A stretch of DNA of 64,000 bases from Actinomycetota bacterium (GTDB taxonomy: Bacteria; Actinomycetota; Actinomycetes; S36-B12; FW305-bin1): assembly GCA_004297305.1 (NCBI GenBank), contig SCTR01000002.1:79440-143439 (forward strand). The letters run 5' to 3'. This document shows, one piece after another, positions 57,428 through 64,000 of the stretch (positions are counted from its first letter, which is position 1; each line of letters opens with the position of its first letter). Under the pieces are notes generated by a model. It did not search any database. It had not been told where the DNA came from and saw only the letters and a program-made list of their open reading frames with translations. The position numbers and the translations under genes were made by a program.

Positions 57428-58860
57428 GCACTGCTTCTGCGGCACAGCCGCTTGCCGGCCCGGTCCACGTGGTCGGCATCGGCGGGGCCGGGATGTCCGG
57501 TATCGCCCGGATTCTGCTGGCCCGCGGCGTCACGGTGTCCGGCAGCGACGCCAAGGACTCCCGCCGGCTGTCCGCGCTGCGCGCGCTCGGCGCCACTGTG
57601 CACGTCGGCCACGCCGCCGGCCACGTCGCCGGCGCGGCGGTCGTGGTCGTGTCCACGGCGATCAAGGAGTCCAACGTCGAACTTCTCGAGGCGCGCCGCC
57701 GCGGCGTACCGGTCCTGTCGCGGGCCGCGGCGCTCGCGGCGATCATGGCGGGGCAGCGGGGCGTGGCCGTCGCGGGCACCCACGGCAAGACGACCACCAC
57801 CTCGATGCTCACCGTCGCGTTGCAGCACTGCGGTGCGGATCCGTCCTTCGCCATCGGCAGCGAACTGAACGAGTCCGGTTCGAACGCGCACCTCGGCACC
57901 GGCGAGTTGTTCGTCGTGGAGGCCGACGAGAGCGACGGGTCGTTCCTGCACCTGGACTGTGTGGCCGGCATCGTGACCAACGTGGAGGCCGACCACCTCG
58001 ATCACTGGGGCACGCTGACCGCGATCGAGGCGGCCTTCGAGTCGTTCGCGGCACGGATCGGTGGCCGGGACGGCTTCCTGGTGTGTTGTGCCGACGACAT
58101 CGGGGCCGCGAAACTCGCTGCGGCGGCGCGTGTCCAGGGCATCGACGTACGAACGTACGGCCGGTCGCCGGCGGCGGATTTCGTGGTGCACCCGCTGCCG
58201 GCCGAGTCCGGTACGCCGCGGTTCGACGTCAGCCATCGGGGGGTGCGACTGGGCACGACGACCCTGGCCGTTCCTGGTGCCCACAACGTCCTGAACGCCA
58301 CAGCGGCCTGGGCCACCGGAATCGGACTCGGGTACTCCGCGGGAGACCTGCGGGTCGGGCTGGAGTCGTTCAGCGGTACCCGGCGGCGTTTCGAGTTCCG
58401 GGGGCAGGCCGACGGCGTCCGGGTCTTCGACGACTATGCCCACCACCCCACCGAGATCGCCGCCACGCTCACTGCCGCACGCGATGTCGCGGGCGGTGGC
58501 CGGCTGGTGGTGGCGTTCCAAGCGCACCACTACTACCGGACGGCGCTGTTCGTGAAGGAGTTCGGGGCGGCCCTCGGGCTGGCCGACGAGGTCGTGGTCC
58601 TCGAGGTGTTCGCGCCCGGCGAGGCGCCGATTCCGGGGGCCAGTGGGCAACTGATGGCTGCCGCCGTGCCGCTGCCGGAGGCCAACGTCGTGTTCGAGCC
58701 GAGTTGGTCCGCGGTCGCCTCCCGATTGGCCGACCGGGCGCGCCCCGGCGACCTCGTGATGACCTTGGGCGCCGGCGACATCTCCATGATCGGGCCCGAG
58801 GTGCTGGAGTTGCTGCGTCGGCGCGCGTCGGCGGCGGCCGGTCCGCGGGCCGGCCGATGA
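57424..58860 (+). CDS. murC: UDP-MurNAc--L-alanine ligase
   Basis: ATG 57424 overlaps the murG stop (ATGA). Motifs [25 protein letters not shown] and DDYAHHPTE. Confidence 0.95.
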   Translation: MSTASAAQPLAGPVHVVGIGGAGMSGIARILLARGVTVSGSDAKDSRRLSALRALGATVHVGHAAGHVAGAAVVVVSTAIKESNVELLEARRRGVPVLSRAAALAAIMAGQRGVAVAGTHGKTTTTSMLTVALQHCGADPSFAIGSELNESGSNAHLGTGELFVVEADESDGSFLHLDCVAGIVTNVEADHLDHWGTLTAIEAAFESFAARIGGRDGFLVCCADDIGAAKLAAAARVQGIDVRTYGRSPAADFVVHPLPAESGTPRFDVSHRGVRLGTTTLAVPGAHNVLNATAAWATGIGLGYSAGDLRVGLESFSGTRRRFEFRGQADGVRVFDDYAHHPTEIAATLTAARDVAGGGRLVVAFQAHHYYRTALFVKEFGAALGLADEVVVLEVFAPGEAPIPGASGQLMAAAVPLPEANVVFEPSWSAVASRLADRARPGDLVMTLGAGDISMIGPEVLELLRRRASAAAGPRAGR

Positions 58861-59699
58861 ACGCCCCCGCCGGCCCCGCTCGGGCCGTGGCTGTCGGTAC
58901 GGCGCCGCACCGTCAGGACACGGCAGCCGGCGGTTCGCCGAGCGGTTCGGTGTCGGGCCCGTCGCGGCGCGGGCGTCGGGTGCTGTCGCGGCTGCGGCTG
59001 CGGCTGCGGCTCGGCGGGTCCGGCGGCGGGCGGCGGCGTCGGCGGACCGCTGTCGTGGCCGGCGTCGTGCTGGCGGCGCTGCTGCTGATCGGCGGCTGGC
59101 TGGTGGGGTTCTCCGGCGTCCTGGCGCTGCGGACGGTGACGGTGCAGGGCGCATCCGAGGCGACGATGACCGCCGTCCGCGACGCCGTGGCCGACGAGGT
59201 CGGCCGGCCGCTGCTGCGGGTCGACACGGCCGCGGTGCAGTCCCGGATCGCGGCGATCCCGCTGGTGGCGACCGCGACGGTGACCCGCAGCTGGCCGGAC
59301 TCGGTCATCGTGGTGGTCACCGAACGGATCGCCGTGGCCGTCGTCGGAGATGCCACGGGCGGCTTCCGCGTCGTCGACGCGACCGGTGTGACGCTGCGGA
59401 CCACGGCGAGTCGGCCCAGCGACCTGCTGTTCGTCAAGGACGTCACGGAGCCCGCCGCGCTGGCGGCGGCCGTCGCCGTCGCGGCGACGCTGCCGGCCGA
59501 CCTGGCCGGCCAGGTGATCGCGATCTCCGCCACGTCACCCGACGCGGTGTCGCTCAAGCTGTCCGGCGGTGCCGTCGTGCGCTGGGGCAGTGCCGAACGG
59601 CCTGAACTGAAGGCGGCCGTCCTCGCCGCCTTGCTGCCCCGCCACGCGACGACCTACGACGTCTCGGCGCCCGAACTCCCCACGACCTCAGGCGGCTGA
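58857..59699 (+). CDS. ftsQ: Cell division protein FtsQ
   Basis: ATG 58857 overlaps the murC stop (ATGA). Basic N-tail, TM helix, POTRA-like segment (LRTVTVQGAS...VRDAV). Position before ftsZ supports the call. Confidence 0.85.
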   Translation: MNAPAGPARAVAVGTAPHRQDTAAGGSPSGSVSGPSRRGRRVLSRLRLRLRLGGSGGGRRRRRTAVVAGVVLAALLLIGGWLVGFSGVLALRTVTVQGASEATMTAVRDAVADEVGRPLLRVDTAAVQSRIAAIPLVATATVTRSWPDSVIVVVTERIAVAVVGDATGGFRVVDATGVTLRTTASRPSDLLFVKDVTEPAALAAAVAVAATLPADLAGQVIAISATSPDAVSLKLSGGAVVRWGSAERPELKAAVLAALLPRHATTYDVSAPELPTTSGG

Positions 59700-60030
59700 C
59701 CCGGCGGCGTTCGGCTCGGCGAGCGGCTCAGGCCGGCCGAGGACGTCTCGCACGCCACCTGGGTGCCAGCTGGCGTGACGCGGGGCACATGCCCCGGTGC
59801 CAGCTCGGCCGACTGCTTGCGCCGTAGCGCGCGCAGCACCTAACCTCACGAGCAGCCGCAGGTTGACATAATGCTAAACCTCTGCTTGAGGTGGAGGTCT
59901 GAGCAGGACTCAATCCGCGCCTGAGGTCGACCCGTGCGCTGGGCTTGCACCATTGGTCCGGGCACGGGCCGCCGACGTGTCAGCGCACCCTGCGTCGAAC
60001 CATGTCCAGCAGAGAGAAGGGCGGTCTGCC

Positions 60031-61191
60031 GTGGCGGCACCGCAGAACTACCTCGCCGTGATCAAGGTGGTCGGGATCGGCGGCGGCGGCGTCAACGCCG
60101 TCAACCGCATGATCGAGGTCGGTCTGAAGGGCGTCGAGTTCATCGCCATCAACACCGACGCGCAGGCCCTGCTCATGAGCGACGCGGACGTCAAGCTCGA
60201 CATCGGCCGGGAGTTGACCCGCGGCCTGGGCGCCGGTGCGGATCCCGATGTCGGCCGCCGGGCCGCCGAGGACCACGCCGAGGACATCGAAGAGGTCATC
60301 AAGGGCGCGGACATGGTCTTCGTCACCGCCGGCGAGGGTGGCGGGACCGGCACCGGCGGTGCGCCGGCCGTCGCCAAGATCGCCCGCTCGCTCGGCGCCC
60401 TGACCATCGGGGTGGTGACCCGGCCGTTCGGCTTCGAGGGGCGTCGCCGGCAGACCCAGGCCGACGAGGGCGTCGAGGCACTGCGAGCCGAGGTCGACAC
60501 CCTGATCGTGATCCCGAACGACCGGCTGCTGCAGCTGACCGATCGCAACATCAGCATGGTCAACGCCTTCGGGCAGGCCGACCAGGTGCTCTTCCAAGGG
60601 GTGTCCGGGATCACCGATCTGATCACCACTCCCGGCCTGATCAACCTGGACTTCGCCGATGTCAAGAGCGTCATGCAGGGCGCCGGTTCCGCGTTGATGG
60701 GCATCGGTTCAGCCCGCGGCGAGGAGCGGGCGGTGCAGGCTGCGCAGGGCGCTATCTCCAGTCCGCTGCTGGAAGCGAGCATCGACGGCGCCCACGGCGT
60801 CCTGTTGTCCATCGCCGGCGGCAGCGACCTCGGGCTCTTCGAGATCGACGAGGCGGCCAGGATGGTGGCCGACGCCGCCCACCCGGACGCCAACATCATC
60901 TTCGGTGCCGTGATCGACGACACCCTCGGCGACGAGGTACGCGTCACCGTGATCGCCGCCGGCTTCGACGGCGGCGCGCCGCCGCCGCGCTCCAGCCGGC
61001 CGGTCACCCGTCGTACCGCCGCCGAGGCCCCTGTCGCAGCCGACCCGGCCACGGGCACCGCCGACAGTGCCGCGGCACCGGCCAACCCGGTCCCGGCTCC
61101 TATCGAGCCGCGCGCCGTCCCCAAGCCGCAGCCACGGAAGATCGTCTTCGACGACGCCGACGACCTCGACGTCCCGGACTTCCTGAAGTGA
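60031..61191 (+). CDS. ftsZ: Cell division GTPase FtsZ
   Basis: The N-terminus (V)[26 protein letters not shown] is typical of actinobacterial FtsZ, with [10 protein letters not shown] and a C-terminal [13 protein letters not shown] 60031 has AAGGG 9 nt upstream. Confidence 0.95.
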   Translation: MAAPQNYLAVIKVVGIGGGGVNAVNRMIEVGLKGVEFIAINTDAQALLMSDADVKLDIGRELTRGLGAGADPDVGRRAAEDHAEDIEEVIKGADMVFVTAGEGGGTGTGGAPAVAKIARSLGALTIGVVTRPFGFEGRRRQTQADEGVEALRAEVDTLIVIPNDRLLQLTDRNISMVNAFGQADQVLFQGVSGITDLITTPGLINLDFADVKSVMQGAGSALMGIGSARGEERAVQAAQGAISSPLLEASIDGAHGVLLSIAGGSDLGLFEIDEAARMVADAAHPDANIIFGAVIDDTLGDEVRVTVIAAGFDGGAPPPRSSRPVTRRTAAEAPVAADPATGTADSAAAPANPVPAPIEPRAVPKPQPRKIVFDDADDLDVPDFLK

Positions 61192-61207
61192 CACCCCACC
61201 GGTCGCG

Positions 61208-62011
61208 GTGACCACTGCCGCAGCGGTGACCGGTTCTGCAGCCCTGTCGCCGCCCGCCGGGTCGCCCGGCGCGGCGGGCTGGCGGCTCCGCGGGCGCATC
61301 GGCGCTGCCCGGTGGGTGGTGACCGACCGGAGCGGCGGCGTCTCGCGACCGCCGTACGACGGCCTGGACCTCGCCGGCCACGTCGGCGACGACCCGGTTG
61401 CAGTGGCCGCCAACCGGGCCGCGCTGGCCCGCTCGCTCGCCGTACCGGTCGACCGGCTGGTCGTCACCGGCGCGGTGCACGGTCGAGAGATCGGCTGGGT
61501 CGAAGGCCCGGTCCCCGGCGGCGACCTGGCCGGCGTCGACGCGCTGGTGACCGCCACGGCCGGACTGGCCCTGGTCGCACTTGCCGCCGACTGCGTCCCG
61601 TTGGTCCTGGTCGATCCGGTGGTCGGGCTGGCCGCGGTGGTCCACGCCGGCTGGCGTGGGCTTGCCGCCGGGGTGATCGAGGCCACGCTGGAGGTGTTGC
61701 GCGGTCGGGGGGCCCGGGCCGGTCAGCTCGCCGCAGTCGTCGGCCCGTCGATCTGCGCCCGCTGCTACCCCGTGCCCTCGTCGCGCCGGGACCAGGTCGC
61801 CGCCCGGCTGCCGGCCGCGTCGTCGCAGTCGTCGGCCGGGCTGCCGTCGGTGGACCTGCGCGCCGGGGCCGTGTCGGTGTTGCGCGCCCACGGCGTTGCC
61901 GTCCGGATCGACGCGGGCTGCACCGCGGAGGACCCGACGCTGTACTCCTACCGACGCGACGGTCGCACCGGCCGTCACGGGGTCGCCGTCGTACTCGACG
62001 GGACGCCGTGA
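61208..62011 (+). CDS. pgeF: Peptidoglycan editing factor PgeF (YfiH/laccase-domain protein)
   Basis: AADCVPLVL and HAGWRGLAAGV motifs, plus SYRRDG near the C-terminus. Starts 16 nt after ftsZ. Confidence 0.85.
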   Translation: MTTAAAVTGSAALSPPAGSPGAAGWRLRGRIGAARWVVTDRSGGVSRPPYDGLDLAGHVGDDPVAVAANRAALARSLAVPVDRLVVTGAVHGREIGWVEGPVPGGDLAGVDALVTATAGLALVALAADCVPLVLVDPVVGLAAVVHAGWRGLAAGVIEATLEVLRGRGARAGQLAAVVGPSICARCYPVPSSRRDQVAARLPAASSQSSAGLPSVDLRAGAVSVLRAHGVAVRIDAGCTAEDPTLYSYRRDGRTGRHGVAVVLDGTP

Positions 62012-62088
62012 GCCAGACGCGTGAACGAGCCGCCGTAAGCGAGACGCCGTGAACGAGGCGCCGTGCACGGGGACGCGGTGACTGCCGA
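62006..62088. repeat. Tandem 14-nt repeat (consensus CCGTGARCGAGNCG), four clear plus two degenerate copies, spanning the pgeF stop and the yggS start
   Basis: CGT registers at 62007, 62020, 62034, 62048, 62062 and (62076). The units are ccgtgagccagacg / (g)cgtgaacgagccg / ccgtaagcgagacg / ccgtgaacgaggcg / ccgtgcacggggac / gcggtgactgccga. Confidence 0.55.
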
Positions 62089-62803
62089 CGGTCGCACGGC
62101 GGAGCTCGCCGCCGCCCTTACCGCGGTCCGGTCGCGCATCGCCCGGACCTGCAATCGGGTGGGCCGCGACCCCGCCGAGGTGACGGTGATCGCGGTCACC
62201 AAGACCTGGCCGGCGGCCGACGTACGCCGGCTGGCGAGCCTCGGGATCGTCGATGTCGGGGAGAGCCGGGACCAGGAAGCAGCGGTCAAGGCGGCGGCGT
62301 GCGGTGAGCTGCGCCTCCGCTGGCACTTCGTCGGTCGCCTGCAGCGCAACAAGTGCCGGTCGCTGCTGCGCTACGTCGCCGCGGTGCACTCCGTGGACCG
62401 GCCGGAACTGGCCACCGCGCTCGATGCGGCGGCCGTTGCCGCGGGCCGCCGGGTCGAGGTGACGATCCAGGTCTCGCTGGATCCCGGCTGGTGGTCCGGC
62501 CGGCCGGTCGACCCGGGGCGGGGCGGGGCCGCGCCGCAGACCGCGGTGTCCTTGGCCGACGCGGTCGCCGGTTGCGCGGGGTTGCGGCTGGCCGGCGTCA
62601 TGGCGGTGGCACCGCGCGGCAGCGATCCGGACGTTGCCTTCGGCAGGCTGGCGGAGATCGCGGCCGGCGTGCGGCAGCGCCATCCGGCCGCGACGTGGCT
62701 GTCCGCCGGCATGAGCGGCGACTTCGAAGCGGCGGTGGCGCACGGGGCGACACACGTTCGCATCGGCGCGGCAGTGCTCGGTGGGCGTGCCGCCCTCGGG
62801 TAA
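62063..62803 (+). CDS. yggS: YggS-family pyridoxal-phosphate homeostasis protein (YlmE)
   Basis: VIAVTKT (PLP Lys), HFVGRLQRNK and MSGDFEAAVAHGATHVRIG motifs. Alternative start at GTG 62078. Confidence 0.9.
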   Translation: MHGDAVTADGRTAELAAALTAVRSRIARTCNRVGRDPAEVTVIAVTKTWPAADVRRLASLGIVDVGESRDQEAAVKAAACGELRLRWHFVGRLQRNKCRSLLRYVAAVHSVDRPELATALDAAAVAAGRRVEVTIQVSLDPGWWSGRPVDPGRGGAAPQTAVSLADAVAGCAGLRLAGVMAVAPRGSDPDVAFGRLAEIAAGVRQRHPAATWLSAGMSGDFEAAVAHGATHVRIGAAVLGGRAALG

Positions 62804-62863
62804 CCTCGGGCCGCGAGACGAGCGCCACCCGGGCCGTCCGCAAGCCCCACCCGAGGAGCGATC

Positions 62864-63403
62864 ATGGCCGGCGCGATGCGCAAGATGGCGGTCTACCTCG
62901 GTCTGGTCGAAGACGATCCGGACTACGACGGGTACGACGATGACCTCGACGATCGCCGCCGCAGCAACAGCAGCGACGTGCGCGTCCGGTCCACCCCGGA
63001 ACGGGCCGACACCCGCGAGCAGCGCTCGGTCAGCGTGGCCGAGCCGCGGTCGGTCCGGACCTTTCGCGACGAGGCGTCGACCGATCGACGCCCGGCTCCC
63101 GCGCCGGCAGCACCGGTGACCGGCGACTACCGGATCCACACCATTCATCCGCGCAGCTACAACGATGCTCGCCGGATCGGTGAGGAGTACCGGACGAATA
63201 TCCCGGTGATCATGAACCTGACCGAGATGGACGACGTCGACGCCAAGCGCATCGTCGACTTCGCGGCGGGTCTGGTGTTCGGCCTGCACGGCAGCATCGA
63301 GCGAGTGACGAACAAGGTGTTCCTGTTGTCGCCGGCGAATGTGGATGTCCGCGCCGAGGCCGCCGCGCAGCTTGCCGAGGACGGTTTCTACAACCAGAGT
63401 TGA
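62864..63403 (+). CDS. sepF: Cell division protein SepF
   Basis: N-terminal MAGAMRKMAVYLGLVED amphipathic helix and a C-terminal core (YNDARRIGEEYRTNIPVIMNL...GSIERVTNKVFLLSP). SD GAGGAG. Confidence 0.9.
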   Translation: MAGAMRKMAVYLGLVEDDPDYDGYDDDLDDRRRSNSSDVRVRSTPERADTREQRSVSVAEPRSVRTFRDEASTDRRPAPAPAAPVTGDYRIHTIHPRSYNDARRIGEEYRTNIPVIMNLTEMDDVDAKRIVDFAAGLVFGLHGSIERVTNKVFLLSPANVDVRAEAAAQLAEDGFYNQS

Positions 63404-63407
63404 GTTT

Positions 63408-63427
63408 GCCGGCGACCGCCGGTTTTC
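63408..63427 (+). terminator. Weak stem-loop plus T-run just after sepF
   Basis: gCCGG-cgaccg-CCGGtttt, a 4-5 bp GC stem followed by TTTT, 5 nt after the sepF stop. Confidence 0.3.
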
Positions 63428-63620
63428 AGTGGCCCGTGTGGTCGGCATGTCGGGGCCGCTTGGTCTTTGGTGACGTCGTCCGCGCCCAGGTTTCTGTCGG
63501 CGATCAGCGTTGTCCCCCAAGCGGAATCTCGATTTGTCCCCCGATAACGAATTGATATACCTTTCGCCCGCTTTGTGCCGGTTGGCGGCCTTAGCGTGGT
63601 GAGAGAGGTAGTGCAGTTTC

Positions 63621-64000
63621 ATGACAAGGATGTTGTGGCGAAAGCCACCTTTGCTGGCCGTGGCGGCCACCCTGGTGCTGGGCCCCGCGTTGGCGGCCTG
63701 CGGGAGTGGGGCGTCGTCGGACAGTGCATCCGGGGGAGCCACCGAGCATGTGTCCGTTGCCACGGGCGCGGTGGCGATCACATTGTCGCCGTTGTGGATC
63801 GCGCAGCAGGCCGGCTACTTCAAGGACGCCGGAGTCGACACCACCATCACCGTTGCCGGGGGCCAGGTGTCGACCTCGGTCACCTCTGGGCAGAGTGACA
63901 TCGGCAACCTGGGTCTGCCGGGTGCGCTGACGGTGGCGAACCAGGGCCGTCCTACGTCAGTTATCTTGTGGGAGTTGGGAAAGCGCGGTTCCGGTTTCGC
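63621..64000 (+). CDS. Lipoprotein, ABC-transporter substrate-binding protein (NMT1/SsuA/TauA-like), 3' end outside window
   Basis: Absent from the ORF track because it has no stop in the window. ATG 63621 opens a frame running to 64000. Signal peptide plus lipobox (LVLGPALAAC GSGASS). The mature part VAITLSPLWIAQQAGYFKDAGVD is typical of this SBP family. TTG/AGT/GTT-type codons are noticeably more frequent than in neighbouring genes. Confidence 0.6.
   Translation, partial: MTRMLWRKPPLLAVAATLVLGPALAACGSGASSDSASGGATEHVSVATGAVAITLSPLWIAQQAGYFKDAGVDTTITVAGGQVSTSVTSGQSDIGNLGLPGALTVANQGRPTSVILWELGKRGSGF

Noticed and set aside
59781-59796. CGGGGCAcaTGCCCCG as an RNA hairpin or terminator after ftsQ.
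   Set aside because: A 7-bp stem with a 2-nt loop is sterically implausible as RNA, and there is no U-tract. It is kept only as a possible DNA-level protein-binding palindrome in the ftsZ-upstream finding.
60002-60061. A short ATG ORF ([19 protein letters not shown]) overlapping the ftsZ ribosome-binding site.
   Set aside because: It has no SD or -10 geometry and poor GC3. It overlaps the well-supported ftsZ start, so it is most likely fortuitous.
63404-63620. A possible second TPP riboswitch upstream of the NMT1/THI5-like substrate-binding protein gene.
   Set aside because: I searched both strands for the CUGAGA and ACCUGAUCNGG...GCCNGCG cores and neither is present.

Overview
High-GC (roughly 70% or more by eye) actinobacterial chromosomal core segment. 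No rRNA, tRNA, CRISPR array or recognisable mobile element was found. I call about 60 CDS by motif recognition, GC3 frame bias, start-codon context and stop/start overlaps; no database search was possible.

Layout, left to right:
- 1-9.9 kb: ArsA-like ATPase (5' truncated), a small Cys-motif protein and ROK glucokinase; an orphan TadE/TadG-like pair; esterase, PlsC, pfkA, an MFS exporter and small membrane proteins.
- 9.9-17.7 kb: class II DAHP synthase, Ada-AlkA fusion plus Ogt, a membrane alpha/beta hydrolase, bfd-bfr, and a second DAHP synthase of type Ibeta.
- 17.9-22.9 kb: PASTA Ser/Thr kinase, then thiO-thiS-thiG behind a TPP riboswitch, divergent from thiE.
- 22.9-37.2 kb: a carotenoid gene set split into three blocks (crtYc/Yd + crtB; idsA-crtI; crtD-like, GT2, CruF-like, CrtA-like). 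It is interleaved with two GT-C mannosyltransferases, metF and a K+/H+ antiporter.
- 37.2-44.8 kb: a LexA-box-preceded HEPN-like gene plus dinB, a DUF3040 protein, and a MoxR-DUF58-transglutaminase operon.
- 44.9-63.4 kb: a complete dcw cluster (mraZ, rsmH, ftsL, ftsI, murE, murF, mraY, murD, ftsW, murG, murC, ftsQ, ftsZ, pgeF, yggS, sepF), mostly joined by ATGA/GTGA overlaps.
- 63.4-64.0 kb: a compositionally different spacer and a lipoprotein gene that runs off the window.

Gene order resembles, from memory, the Streptomyces SCO2077-2129 and M. tuberculosis Rv2145c-Rv2182c neighbourhoods.

Most interesting observations:
- A perfect actinobacterial SOS box upstream of the HEPN(Rx4H)-dinB pair.
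- A leaderless 25-codon ORF with consecutive Trp-Trp-Phe-Thr-Tyr codons plus alternative stems, upstream of the type Ibeta DAHP synthase. This is a candidate aromatic attenuator.
- A 10-bp-phased GTGGGG array (MraZ operator) over the mraZ promoter.
- An IdeR-like iron box upstream of bfd.
- Unannotated micro-ORFs.
- A recurrent TANNNT-6/8 nt-start geometry implying many leaderless mRNAs.
- A 14-nt tandem repeat at the pgeF/yggS junction.

I see no clear-cut novel multi-gene system. The HEPN-dinB cassette and the aromatic leader are the best candidates for something undescribed.

The many very long ORFs antisense or out of frame to these genes are treated as GC-driven shadow ORFs.
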